Virus record (IMG/VR): IMGVR_UViG_3300002144_000620
Span: 64,001-128,000 of that record
DNA from: a virus
Reading direction: 5' to 3' (one strand)
DNA length: 64,000 nt
How positions within the stretch are numbered: position 1 is the first letter of the stretch; each line of letters starts with the position of its first letter. The notes under the pieces are model-generated. The model was not told the DNA's origin. It searched no databases and was given only the letters and a program-made list of their open reading frames with translations. Shown here piece by piece: positions 51,401 through 61,024 of this stretch. The position numbers and the translations under genes are program-made.

Positions 51401-54400
51401 GGTGAATACTTAATAGAATTCACACACAAAGGTCTGGATGATTTAGAGATATATGATGGTACGACATCTGGTACTTTATTGGAAACAATTTATGGTGCTA
51501 CAAATGATGGTAATGACACAGCGTATCACAGCACATTTATATTTAGTACAAATACTTTAACAATAAAACGAACAACTAATATAGATGGAAATAAAAAGTT
51601 AAAAAACTTAAAAGTAATATTAAAATATGGTACTCCAGATAGTTTTACGATAAACAACCAGTTAGTTTACGAATCTATTGGATTTGGTACTGATAGTAGT
51701 ACCGTATTATTTAATGACTCGTCATCTGTAAACATAAACGAAAGAAACTACTATATAGATGCTATCGGTATTGGACATGCTTACATAGCAAATGATATTG
51801 AATACGTATGTCCAGTACCAAAACCACACGTTTGTTATTTTGACTATAGCGGGTTAACTATAAATATGGGTTCATTGGGTTACACAACTAGTACTTCTGG
51901 TACATATTATGATGAAACAGGTACAGAACTATCCATAAAACAATCTTTACACTACGGTTATTCTAAAGATACGTCAGCAACAGAACCTACTGACGCTATT
52001 AAAGGTGTTTCGGGTGATTGGATAGTACCTTACAGAAAAAGTAATACTTGGACTAACGGAGTTACTTATTACAAAAATGATATAGTAACTTATTCTAATA
52101 CTAATTATATTGTCGATAACATAAACGTAACTGGCACAAGCACAACACCAACAGGGTGTACAATAACAACAATAGTACCAGGTAATTACGAAAACTTTTT
52201 AAGTCGAGCCAAAACTAGTCCATATATGCATATAGACTCAGCGAATATTAAAAAAGTTACTATTGACAAATCTAAAGATGTGGTATCATTTAACCTAACC
52301 AAAGACATATACTTATATCAAGTATTTAGTGGGGCTACGGAAAATGAGACTTATAAAGTTATTGATAATATATTGAATGATGAGTTATATATTAGCGATT
52401 CAACTACATTATCTTTTGACGGATTTTATTCCATAGATCAGGATAAAGTTGGTCCATTTTATACACCAAATACCGAAGAAATATTAACACAAACATTAGA
52501 TGATACACTATACCTAAATCCAGATAAAGTTAATTTTATTACAATTCAGTCACTTAACACTAGTTTTAATACCGATAACGATAAAATTGGTTTAGCTGAT
52601 GGTTTTTATTTAGTTAGAAGTAACTCATTCCTTAAAATCGATGCTGATTTATATTTTGAATCAACACAAACAAATACCCAAAATACGATTATTAGGTTAC
52701 AAGATCAGTTTGATAATATTATATATGAACAGATATTTAGTTTCAGTGGTTCGGATAACCCACAAGACAGGGTAGCTAGTATTAGTCACGAATCTTTATT
52801 CACTGTCGATACTAGAGTATACTTAACAGTATATCCAGAAACATTCGGTTGTACACTATCTAGATACGAAAAAATAGATATAGATTACATTAACCCAACA
52901 ACATATTCGGCTATTGACGACCCTAGATTTAGAATTAATTTTAATGCTGGTAGAACAATACTTAACGGTCATTATGTTGATGATGTATTATCAATTGAAC
53001 CACTAGGTGATACCAATAATTACGATGTTGATCACTATATGTTTAAAACAGATAGTGATACAGATACATATAAATTTAGACCTAAGTTAAATATAAATCA
53101 GTCATATGATGAAATTAATAATTTCGGTTTAATATTCGGTAAATATTATGAAAAATATAAAACAACCAGCTCTATAGGTGATGTTAGTATATATGAGAAA
53201 AAATACAATAATGATAGGTTTAGTTTCGAAGTAAAGGTTAACACAAAAGAAGTATCGTTATTATCGTCAAATAGTGCGTCACAATCTGGTGTAAATGTAA
53301 CACATACTATAACTTCAACCAATAATTACCTAGGTAACACCCCACAAGAAATTGAAAACACTGGTTTATCTAAAAGTATTATTTTTGGTAAATCACCTAA
53401 ACCTAGAACGAATAAACTTAAAAAGTTAAATTTCCCATTTCTAAAATCATATAAAAATAACACACTCCTAAGTGACGTTAAATCAACAATTGATTTTATT
53501 GGACACGATGAAGGTTTAGTTGATTACGATTTATTAGATTACAATAGCGATTTAAAAACTAATTTTATCAGTAAAACTAGATACTCAACAACAACAGGGT
53601 ACTGGAAAAAAGAAAATGCTATATACTCAACAGAATTATACCAAGATATATTAAGTGTTGTACCTGAATTTTCTGAAAATATAAATAACTATCAAATAAA
53701 CGACATCGTAAAATTAATTTTAACGAATACGGATATTGTTGTTGAAAACGAAGATGGTACTACCACAATAGAAAATAAAAATGTTGAGAGGTTATATGTT
53801 TGTATTGAAGATATAACAAGTAACCACCTAAGAAAAGAATCTGGTGCAATTGTTACTGGTGTAACTACTGGCCTAAATATACACCCTATATACCAACCAA
53901 ATGGTGCTAGAGCTTGTTTTATACCGATAGAGAGATATGATTTAAAATCGTTTACACCCATAGGTTATGATAAACATCAAAGAAGTAATTCTATTAGAAC
54001 AAACCATAAACCTTACACATACGAACCTAGTAAAATATTGACGGGACTACCAACAGATCAATTAGATATGGGTGATATAGTTAAAGTAATTGGTACGGGT
54101 ACAACTTATAACTTATACCAATACGTTTACAATAAACCGTTACTTTACAATCTAAATAATATATATAAAGTAGGTAGTTTTGTCTATCATAGCGACACCC
54201 CTACTAGCACAAATTATAGTTTTTGGTTAAAGATAGACGAATCATTTAATACTGAACCAGGTACCGAGACATCAGCAATTTCTTGGATGAAACTAGATTC
54301 AACCATACCTAGTGGTTACACATATCAATATAACTATGATTGGATAAGTGGTGATACTATAAATCTTTATCTAAACACAACATCTGCGACATACAATTGG

Positions 54401-55891
54401 GACCCTAATAAAATGAGTGAGTGGGATGGGTTAGAGATATCAAACTCATCACTACGAATACCTAATTTACTTCCAACTGAAGCTGGTGTTGTGGGATACG
54501 GTTATTACGGACATCTAGTACCTTATACTGGTACCCAAAAAATAGCTTCCGACATGGTACCAAATTATATCAACCAAAATATATTAACTAATAATCAGCT
54601 AGATGGTGTTGATAATATTGGACAAATAACACTAGCAGGTAATTTATCTTGGGTATACACTGGTACAACTGGATCAATATATACTGGGTACACGTTAAAT
54701 ACTAATCTAATACAAAATGATTATTCGGATTTAATGTCAAACAACGTTAATAATTTAAGTCTAAATCTAGACAAAGCTAGCAGAAACATATCACCTTTAT
54801 TCGAACTAATATGTTCGAACACAACAGATAATAGTATATATGATTACTCTAGTACAACAACATACGATTCAACATCAGAATACAACTACAAAAAATATGC
54901 TGTTGACAGAAATGTACTTTATCACGCTACAAGTATCAATACATTAGGTACACCACATACTAATACAACTCAGTGGGAAGAAAGAGACTTCATGTTGGTT
55001 AGTAAATATACCTTATACAAAGATAGAACTAGTATAAAAATTTATGATGGTATAATAGAATCATTAAATGAAAATACTAAAAATAATTTATATTTCTTCG
55101 ATAGCGATCTAGTCCTAAAAACATCTTTTACGGAAAATTATTTTAGTGGTACAACACAAGATAATAAATTAGTTAATGGTTTAAACAAATTATTTGACGC
55201 TAAAAACGAGAACTTGAGAGATGTATATAGTTATGGTTTAACTGGTTTCAGAAAATCTGGTTCTGACATTATTATGGACTATTATTACGAAAGAGATGAT
55301 AATAGTTTACCAAAAACAGGTGAGTTTATCGGTGGGCTAACAATTACTAACCCATGTGGGCATAACGCTAAAGTTATCTTTGGTACATTATTTAATTTTA
55401 ATGAATCTCTAGTTTCAATATCGGACGGTAGGTTACAACCAGCACCACCTTTAGCCGAACTAGCAGCATCTTTAGTCTCACCTAAAGCTAGGTTACTGAT
55501 AAACCAAAACGGTGCATCGAATATGACCTTAACTATAAACGGAACAAATATAATAACATCAAATAGAACTGTTTTAAGTAAATCAATGGTCGATGATACA
55601 ATCGTTATGGAAAACGGTGGGTATATAACAATTACAGTTACTTACGATACATTCAAAAACAAAACTATATACAAAGATGGGGTTGTTGATGAATACGTTT
55701 TATTTAACACTACTGACAATGGTATAGATAACGCATTTGTAACAGCAAATAAATCATTACAAGGTAAAATAGAAACTAGAACCATTACTTTAAAAGATGT
55801 ATACGAGGATAGAGTTATTAAACTTGATTTTGAGGGTGCTAATTTCATAGAACTTGGTACTGTTGACCCTAAAGACTACATAGTATTATAA
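48455..55891 (+). CDS. Giant baseplate wedge protein (P2 gpI / T4 gp7-like core) with long beta-rich, putative receptor-binding extensions
   Basis: ENIPDLL...LG and LWRRIFINSFYLWKSKGTRKSIEFILNLVG (KGT motif of tail_P2_I); CBM5/12-like WTNGVTYYKNDIVTYSNTNY. Confidence 0.65.
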   Translation: MANLSYTNTPLIAHLYDTSDAALESAIQLGCSGYRTYNINGESKYVPCSSFLAYENALKLYKIQGVNNAVSGLGSLGDKAVGLQFANSKDEISGDPYFTLGNFSINKSVSVKKNIGKEVTYIGGDVSYTAESINESNPGKTTNTSAVEQVNKKINDNVTVSVLFDRKKLQNYVLYAALKETIKNTVIEITQKFPAGLRLNVVGLQSPTVEEYNYSQGTDTAEFKVNLSNISNPFQIEYTSTGKTINDPVDIAPIRNFSKNYSDYVIYYQDIEYKILNATLPKSYEDYENGIYLTIEGDPFSLDANPNLTVNRTFWIKPKYQKHDEFQSNLSDMGKFLLNYDFDKKNYVSVIRYVKVTDNGVDINVNETLTFPQIDKVNIDLFGDKFDKYLTKLNTISDDFDSTKTNLITRFLTTDSLKEFDTDDRRINIMLGLMGKNFDTIRKYIDGITYMTNLSYDKIENIPDLLTKNYGNMLGFETFNVEDESTIMESIFNLEDLNIEPGITPVEIDIELWRRIFINSFYLWKSKGTRKSIEFILNLVGLPDTIFEVNEHVYVARQNVDFYQKAYEIYGAQYSDETLLTLVPIDKDGYPTVPGKVKYQESGFNISIDSKNYGPYDFGKEYINAYQYDGNTPIFKLDRVTDNVKSWVYSEDRVLRLSEDTVGYTEYYEDDSRLVVNSKELEVYLSSNKIFDFTMYRYLYRNNITVNEDLMFNPEKIVKAGVLSFNQFVQNSLDEFIKPDNRKTIRTYPTLSKIYYDYTKLTDTRVTNTKSLDFLNKFDGSWVKLVQQFTPATSILNAGKKIQNSKFIDNKFIYKHGLNDSLGWLGTDGSEFQYKANLPVNLGTTNPFQTKGFAKDAFVGETSTFTVEGKKGLNYVGYDPTINEYFGFYYGIQDACNTIASVYLWDGEENYGDDTTYNGNINITGDTNGVFVKYENTLYRLNTNRMFTGILPTINTKTIYKDSYVVLDNTNSTETITLSSGSGEYLIEFTHKGLDDLEIYDGTTSGTLLETIYGATNDGNDTAYHSTFIFSTNTLTIKRTTNIDGNKKLKNLKVILKYGTPDSFTINNQLVYESIGFGTDSSTVLFNDSSSVNINERNYYIDAIGIGHAYIANDIEYVCPVPKPHVCYFDYSGLTINMGSLGYTTSTSGTYYDETGTELSIKQSLHYGYSKDTSATEPTDAIKGVSGDWIVPYRKSNTWTNGVTYYKNDIVTYSNTNYIVDNINVTGTSTTPTGCTITTIVPGNYENFLSRAKTSPYMHIDSANIKKVTIDKSKDVVSFNLTKDIYLYQVFSGATENETYKVIDNILNDELYISDSTTLSFDGFYSIDQDKVGPFYTPNTEEILTQTLDDTLYLNPDKVNFITIQSLNTSFNTDNDKIGLADGFYLVRSNSFLKIDADLYFESTQTNTQNTIIRLQDQFDNIIYEQIFSFSGSDNPQDRVASISHESLFTVDTRVYLTVYPETFGCTLSRYEKIDIDYINPTTYSAIDDPRFRINFNAGRTILNGHYVDDVLSIEPLGDTNNYDVDHYMFKTDSDTDTYKFRPKLNINQSYDEINNFGLIFGKYYEKYKTTSSIGDVSIYEKKYNNDRFSFEVKVNTKEVSLLSSNSASQSGVNVTHTITSTNNYLGNTPQEIENTGLSKSIIFGKSPKPRTNKLKKLNFPFLKSYKNNTLLSDVKSTIDFIGHDEGLVDYDLLDYNSDLKTNFISKTRYSTTTGYWKKENAIYSTELYQDILSVVPEFSENINNYQINDIVKLILTNTDIVVENEDGTTTIENKNVERLYVCIEDITSNHLRKESGAIVTGVTTGLNIHPIYQPNGARACFIPIERYDLKSFTPIGYDKHQRSNSIRTNHKPYTYEPSKILTGLPTDQLDMGDIVKVIGTGTTYNLYQYVYNKPLLYNLNNIYKVGSFVYHSDTPTSTNYSFWLKIDESFNTEPGTETSAISWMKLDSTIPSGYTYQYNYDWISGDTINLYLNTTSATYNWDPNKMSEWDGLEISNSSLRIPNLLPTEAGVVGYGYYGHLVPYTGTQKIASDMVPNYINQNILTNNQLDGVDNIGQITLAGNLSWVYTGTTGSIYTGYTLNTNLIQNDYSDLMSNNVNNLSLNLDKASRNISPLFELICSNTTDNSIYDYSSTTTYDSTSEYNYKKYAVDRNVLYHATSINTLGTPHTNTTQWEERDFMLVSKYTLYKDRTSIKIYDGIIESLNENTKNNLYFFDSDLVLKTSFTENYFSGTTQDNKLVNGLNKLFDAKNENLRDVYSYGLTGFRKSGSDIIMDYYYERDDNSLPKTGEFIGGLTITNPCGHNAKVIFGTLFNFNESLVSISDGRLQPAPPLAELAASLVSPKARLLINQNGASNMTLTINGTNIITSNRTVLSKSMVDDTIVMENGGYITITVTYDTFKNKTIYKDGVVDEYVLFNTTDNGIDNAFVTANKSLQGKIETRTITLKDVYEDRVIKLDFEGANFIELGTVDPKDYIVL

Positions 55892-55900
55892 AAATTACTA

Positions 55901-55908
55901 TATTTATA
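55901..55908 (+). promoter_or_regulatory. Putative late promoter TATTTATA
   Basis: Intergenic, 12 nt before ATG 55921. Confidence 0.55.
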
Positions 55909-55920
55909 TAAAAACAAAAA

Positions 55921-58644
55921 ATGAGCTATATAATTAAAAAAAATGATGCGTTGGTTAACGTAAAATTGACAACACAGGGCAGAAGAAATTTAGCGGCTGG
56001 TAATTTAACATTTACAAATTTTATCTTAGGTGATAGTGAAATGGATTACTCGAGTGACGATAAACCTGGTGTTAATATATTAAGACCATCGGATAATCAA
56101 ATAGGGTTAAGCTACCCAATAGGTGCTACGAGTAACTTAGATATAATAAGACCCATAACTATAGTAAACTCAATACCAAATGAGGTTTATGCGAAAGCTA
56201 AAGAACGAGGTTTTTTTAACTACACAGGTACAACAAAACCAGAACAAACATTATGTAGTTTATATAATATAACTGGTACAACAAACGGTACTACAGACAC
56301 AATATCTTTTAACTACACAAGTAATAGTCAAAAAAATGAAACGTATATTGATTTAAAACCAGGGGATTTTGTTTTTGTTAAATACGAAAAATATGATTAC
56401 ACAACTGGTACCACCTATACACAATCAGAAGAAATTACGACAAAAGCAACACAGTATTTATGGTATATAGTTGAAACTATATCAACAGCTGATTCTGGTG
56501 ATAACCAAACATTAACGGGTGTAACTAATGGTTCTACAATAACAATTACCTTAGATAGAGAATTACCTATCGGATCAGCAAATTTAACAGCTTTTATTTA
56601 TCCTGGTAAAGATACTATAAAAAATTATTATGACGAAGAGACACCAGTAGCTTACTGGCAAGGTGGTTTATTAGATTTTTCTAATAATAATACCCAATCT
56701 AACCTAGACGTACCTGTATGGAACATGAATATAATTCATATTGAAGATGTTATAGGTCTTGATTCTGTCGATGATAAATCAAAATACGATACCATATCAA
56801 ACACATATTTAGGTGCTAGTATAAATTACGGAAATTATGATACTAACTCTAAAATAGGTATAATACACTACACAAACAATACCGTATCAAATTTCTACGG
56901 AGAAGGTTTCAAACAATCAACAATGAAACTTAAGATACCGTATTTAATGTGGCATAAAAAACAATATACGGGCACAACTTTTAATGAGATTGGTTATACT
57001 TTTGTTACCGATACAGAACTTAAAACATTAACTTCATCCTCCTCTACAACGCAAGGGACTTTTCAGTATTACGATTTAGTTGATGAAGAAACTAACAAAA
57101 ATGTTGTTGGTAAAGTTTTTATTGACGAGAAAGTTATTTTAATCGAGGATCCAGAATTATTAACTGTACTTTCATACAAAGCTAATAGGAATTGGACTTT
57201 ACCAAAACCTAAACTAACCTTAACCGAACCAGGTATATGCGGAAATACTAGTACAATGGGTGTACTACAACCAGGTGAATATCTTTATGTATCTTATTTA
57301 CTAGGTGATACCAATGGTATAACTGGTATGCATTGTGAGGACTACACTGTAATTACTAATTCAACTAACACACCTAAAGACGTATTATTTGAATTTAACA
57401 AAAAAACAGGAGACCCTAACTATAGTGAGTTTTCATACTTAACAGATTATGATGATACAACTGGTTTGGGTTATAAAGTGAATCAACTACTATTATTATG
57501 GCAAAAGTCGGAAACAGTTATAAAACCAGATTCAGCCAATTGGTCTTATACTGATATGAGCAATTACCTGGGTACGAATGGGTGCGTTACAGGTGTAATG
57601 AATATTGATGGAACCAATTTTGAGCTACATGCTGACATATTTGACTATGCCACAGATTTAATACCAACACATAGTGTTATAAACACCACTTTATTTGATG
57701 TGTTTGAGTTAGGTGATAAACCAGTTGGTGAGATAATAGTTATATATGATGGTGAGATACAAAAAGAAGCCACAGACGATACGTTATCAGATGGTACCTA
57801 CTATCACCACCCCGAAGCATACGCTACTGGACCAAACGGTAAAAGTGTTATAGTATTTAGTCAAGGGTATGGTACTAATAACGACTTATTACAAATATAT
57901 TATTTAATAGGTAAAAGCAATACTGCTAAAACAGTTAAACAAGTTATTAACGTACCATCCCAATCGGTTATAAATTCAAACACCAATTCTGACTCAATAT
58001 ACAAATCAACGATAGCACCAAATAGGGTGTCACTAAAACTAAATAAACAACCCAATAACTCTACCGTATGGTTATTTTATAAAGGTATGTTATTATCATC
58101 TAACACTTACGGTGTTTTTGTTACTAATGAAACCATTGACGATAGACGAGTAGAGTTAAATTTTACACCAACACAAGGTAGTGAAATAACGATAATTTAT
58201 CTAGATAATTCAGGATTAGGTCAAACCGTTTCAACAAACGTATTAACTAAAGATGTTATTTCAGCTCTAAGGGTTAATATTGACCAAAATATACTTGACA
58301 ATAGTGAATTAGATACCTATATTTTATCAGATTACATAAATATACCAACGGTAACAGAAACTAGTAAACACACATTCGGTGATGAAGTATTTTTTTACGG
58401 AAACATAGAGACTGACATAAAAGCAACTATATACAAAACGCAGTTAACATGTAACGTGTTACCTAATCATTATATAACAACAACAAACCCCACATTTAAT
58501 GTGGACCAAGATAAAGTTGCTTTCACTGAAATAGCTATCACTAGCGAAGATCAAACAATAGTGGCTATTGGTAAATTTTCAGAACCAATAACCAGAAAAT
58601 ATAATTCTGATATGTTAGTACTACAAGTAACAATAGATTTTTAA
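55921..58644 (+). CDS. Tail-collar/fibre-attachment-like protein with a large internal insertion
   Basis: N-terminal KLTTQGRRNLAAG...FILGDSEMDY and C-terminal FTEIAI...IVAIGKFSEPI.R resemble the two halves of DUF3751/P2 gpH N-terminal domains. Confidence 0.55.
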   Translation: MSYIIKKNDALVNVKLTTQGRRNLAAGNLTFTNFILGDSEMDYSSDDKPGVNILRPSDNQIGLSYPIGATSNLDIIRPITIVNSIPNEVYAKAKERGFFNYTGTTKPEQTLCSLYNITGTTNGTTDTISFNYTSNSQKNETYIDLKPGDFVFVKYEKYDYTTGTTYTQSEEITTKATQYLWYIVETISTADSGDNQTLTGVTNGSTITITLDRELPIGSANLTAFIYPGKDTIKNYYDEETPVAYWQGGLLDFSNNNTQSNLDVPVWNMNIIHIEDVIGLDSVDDKSKYDTISNTYLGASINYGNYDTNSKIGIIHYTNNTVSNFYGEGFKQSTMKLKIPYLMWHKKQYTGTTFNEIGYTFVTDTELKTLTSSSSTTQGTFQYYDLVDEETNKNVVGKVFIDEKVILIEDPELLTVLSYKANRNWTLPKPKLTLTEPGICGNTSTMGVLQPGEYLYVSYLLGDTNGITGMHCEDYTVITNSTNTPKDVLFEFNKKTGDPNYSEFSYLTDYDDTTGLGYKVNQLLLLWQKSETVIKPDSANWSYTDMSNYLGTNGCVTGVMNIDGTNFELHADIFDYATDLIPTHSVINTTLFDVFELGDKPVGEIIVIYDGEIQKEATDDTLSDGTYYHHPEAYATGPNGKSVIVFSQGYGTNNDLLQIYYLIGKSNTAKTVKQVINVPSQSVINSNTNSDSIYKSTIAPNRVSLKLNKQPNNSTVWLFYKGMLLSSNTYGVFVTNETIDDRRVELNFTPTQGSEITIIYLDNSGLGQTVSTNVLTKDVISALRVNIDQNILDNSELDTYILSDYINIPTVTETSKHTFGDEVFFYGNIETDIKATIYKTQLTCNVLPNHYITTTNPTFNVDQDKVAFTEIAITSEDQTIVAIGKFSEPITRKYNSDMLVLQVTIDF

Positions 58645-59024
58645 TGGGCTTCTTTAAAAGAAATAAATATAGTTTTGAAATATACCTTACAGATAAGGGT
58701 AGAGAAGCTTTTGTTAATAATGGTCTTAAGAACGATGTAAAATTTTTCTCTTTAATAGACAATACGAATTACCAACAACTAGATTTATTCGACCCAACAA
58801 TCATTACGGAACAAACAGTACCAACAATAAAATACTTTGGTACTGTTGAGGTTAATAATAGTGACGAAGTTTACACACAAAACTCTAATAGAGGATCTGT
58901 GGATAACGACATTGTGTTTAAAAACGGTTTTCTAGGTGTAAGACAGGTAGCTGAAAATAATTATATTGTTTACGAACCAGACTTGCAAGCTGATACGATA
59001 AAAATAACAACATTTAAAGACTAA
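58644..59024 (+). CDS. Small tail-collar-like protein (N-half motif)
   Basis: YLTDKGRE...KFFSLID..NY is paralogous to the N-termini of 55921 and 60773. Confidence 0.5.
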   Translation: MGFFKRNKYSFEIYLTDKGREAFVNNGLKNDVKFFSLIDNTNYQQLDLFDPTIITEQTVPTIKYFGTVEVNNSDEVYTQNSNRGSVDNDIVFKNGFLGVRQVAENNYIVYEPDLQADTIKITTFKD

Positions 59025-60067
59025 TGGCTAAACAATACAACCTTAAAGATATTAATGGGTTACACCTTAAGTCACCTTATGATTATAATTCATATAACAC
59101 TAATGGTGTTGACGCTCTAATAGAGAATTTTGATTTTTACCCGTTAAAAACTAGTGATATTAGTAACTTTATTTTTATTAACGGATCGTACAGAAATGTT
59201 TTGGAAACATCAGAATACCATAATAAAATTATGGGTAACTCTTTTATTGGTGACAATTCTTATACAAACAAAACACACGATTTAACGTACACACAAATTA
59301 AAAAAACTAAAGAGTTAGTTAAAGGTGAAAAGTATTACGTTAAATTCGATTTTTATTTCAATTTTGATGGTGACGCTTACGGGTTCGATATAGGGTCAAC
59401 TGGGTATACAATAAACACAGATTTATATGTTGTATTAGGTAATACCAAAAGAAAACTTAAGCTATCAAATCTATACATATATGATTTTGACAACCCAACG
59501 TATTCAAACACAACAGACAACCCAATAGATGAGGGTTATAAAGACATTGAGTCTGGCAACAACATATACTCAAGTAACGTTAATATCACGAGTGACACTA
59601 TAAATATGTCTTATGTACCAGATAATAAAACGTATTCCGTGTATTATAAAGGTGTTGGTACAGGGTTAAATCCTGTTGTAACATCAAATGTTTCGTATAT
59701 TGAAGCTAATAGTTATTCAGCCAACTACGGAACCCAAGTTTATATGAGCGTATCTTCTGATCTAGCTTATGCGTTAACATCGTTCAACGTACCAACCTTT
59801 ACTTCATCCGCAAACGGTATGGTTATAGAGCTATTGGAAAATCAAGGATACGGTAGCCCATTTAACGTTATGGACGGTGGTTACTTATTTAAAGTTACTG
59901 CTGAATTAGATACAACATCGATGGCCGAGTTTGACGCTAACATATGTAAGGGTAATAAAGATTTTAAAATAATTGTTGATTATAACGGCACTTTCTCACA
60001 AACAATAATAACTTATGAGGACATAGCTTACAGTGTAATAGTAGGTAATGAAAATCAACAAGCTTAA
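59024..60067 (+). CDS. Hypothetical beta-rich virion protein
   Basis: 347-aa Y/N/T-rich ORF with TAATG overlap. Confidence 0.55.
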   Translation: MAKQYNLKDINGLHLKSPYDYNSYNTNGVDALIENFDFYPLKTSDISNFIFINGSYRNVLETSEYHNKIMGNSFIGDNSYTNKTHDLTYTQIKKTKELVKGEKYYVKFDFYFNFDGDAYGFDIGSTGYTINTDLYVVLGNTKRKLKLSNLYIYDFDNPTYSNTTDNPIDEGYKDIESGNNIYSSNVNITSDTINMSYVPDNKTYSVYYKGVGTGLNPVVTSNVSYIEANSYSANYGTQVYMSVSSDLAYALTSFNVPTFTSSANGMVIELLENQGYGSPFNVMDGGYLFKVTAELDTTSMAEFDANICKGNKDFKIIVDYNGTFSQTIITYEDIAYSVIVGNENQQA

Positions 60068-60079
60068 TAAAACATAGAT

Positions 60080-60685
60080 ATGCCAACAATAGTAAGTGCT
60101 AAAACTAAAGTAGTAAAAGTTATGCCGAAATTTAGTTTCGCTATACCTAAGATTAATTACTACATGAATACACCATCAGTCAGTGTTACCAGCGAAACCG
60201 ATAAGTTTCAAACACTAGAAAAGGATGGTAAATTTAATATATTAAACACAAATGCTACGGCTATATACTTTAACGATATCGTATTTAAAAGTGCCCGTAT
60301 AAGGGATTCGAACTCTATATTATCAGTGTTAAAAGTAAAAACAAACTTATCTAGAACATACGAGAATGAAAATAAATTTTACCAAGAACACACTGTTATG
60401 ATTAACGGTTTTACAACTGGGTTATTAACAATTGTAAGTGAATTGGGTGTGATCGGTTCTAAAAAGATTATAATACCATTAACCAAATTAGAGTTTTCAG
60501 CTTTTTACGAGGTTAAAAATCTAGGTGTGTTAAACCAACATTACTACGGTAAAACAAGTAATGCACCAAATAAAAGAGTTGGTATTATTGATTTTACTTT
60601 TAGTTTAAAGGCTTACTCTAACATAAGTAACAATACTGAGATAGAAGAGGATATTGTTATAACAACAATTTTAGTTAATACGTAA
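60080..60685 (+). CDS. Hypothetical protein
   Basis: 201-aa ORF, co-oriented, in the operon. Confidence 0.55.
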   Translation: MPTIVSAKTKVVKVMPKFSFAIPKINYYMNTPSVSVTSETDKFQTLEKDGKFNILNTNATAIYFNDIVFKSARIRDSNSILSVLKVKTNLSRTYENENKFYQEHTVMINGFTTGLLTIVSELGVIGSKKIIIPLTKLEFSAFYEVKNLGVLNQHYYGKTSNAPNKRVGIIDFTFSLKAYSNISNNTEIEEDIVITTILVNT

Positions 60686-60704
60686 AAAATTTTAATGATG
60701 GTTA

Positions 60705-60712
60705 TATTTATA
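60705..60712 (+). promoter_or_regulatory. Putative late promoter TATTTATA
   Basis: In the 87-nt gap before 60773. Confidence 0.5.
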
Positions 60713-60772
60713 TAATAAGTGATAATAACTTGACTTACAGAATAAAATTAATATTTTTAAATAAAGAATAAT

Positions 60773-61018
60773 ATGGGATTTATACCACAAAACGGGAATA
60801 CCGATGAAATTAAAGTTTACTTAACTGAGTTAGGTAGAAGAAGACTTTTAGAGCAGGGTTTTATACCAGCATCATTCTCAGTCTCAGACGAGGATGGTAA
60901 TTATAATGCGTTATCAACTGTTGATCAGATTGTTACAGACATTACTGGTGATTATAACGATAATGTTTACGCAATATCAAAAAACATTATAATAAAAGGT
61001 CAAATCTTAATAAAATAA
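60773..61018 (+). CDS. Small tail-collar-like protein (N-half motif)
   Basis: VYLTELGRRRLL...FSVSDEDGNY. Confidence 0.55.
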   Translation: MGFIPQNGNTDEIKVYLTELGRRRLLEQGFIPASFSVSDEDGNYNALSTVDQIVTDITGDYNDNVYAISKNIIIKGQILIK

Positions 61019-61024
61019 CATAAA

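Noticed and set aside
51428-51500. CUB-like motif DDLEIYDG...TLL in the 2478-aa protein
   Set aside because: Only a short motif, and the other CUB elements are not recognisable; needs a profile search
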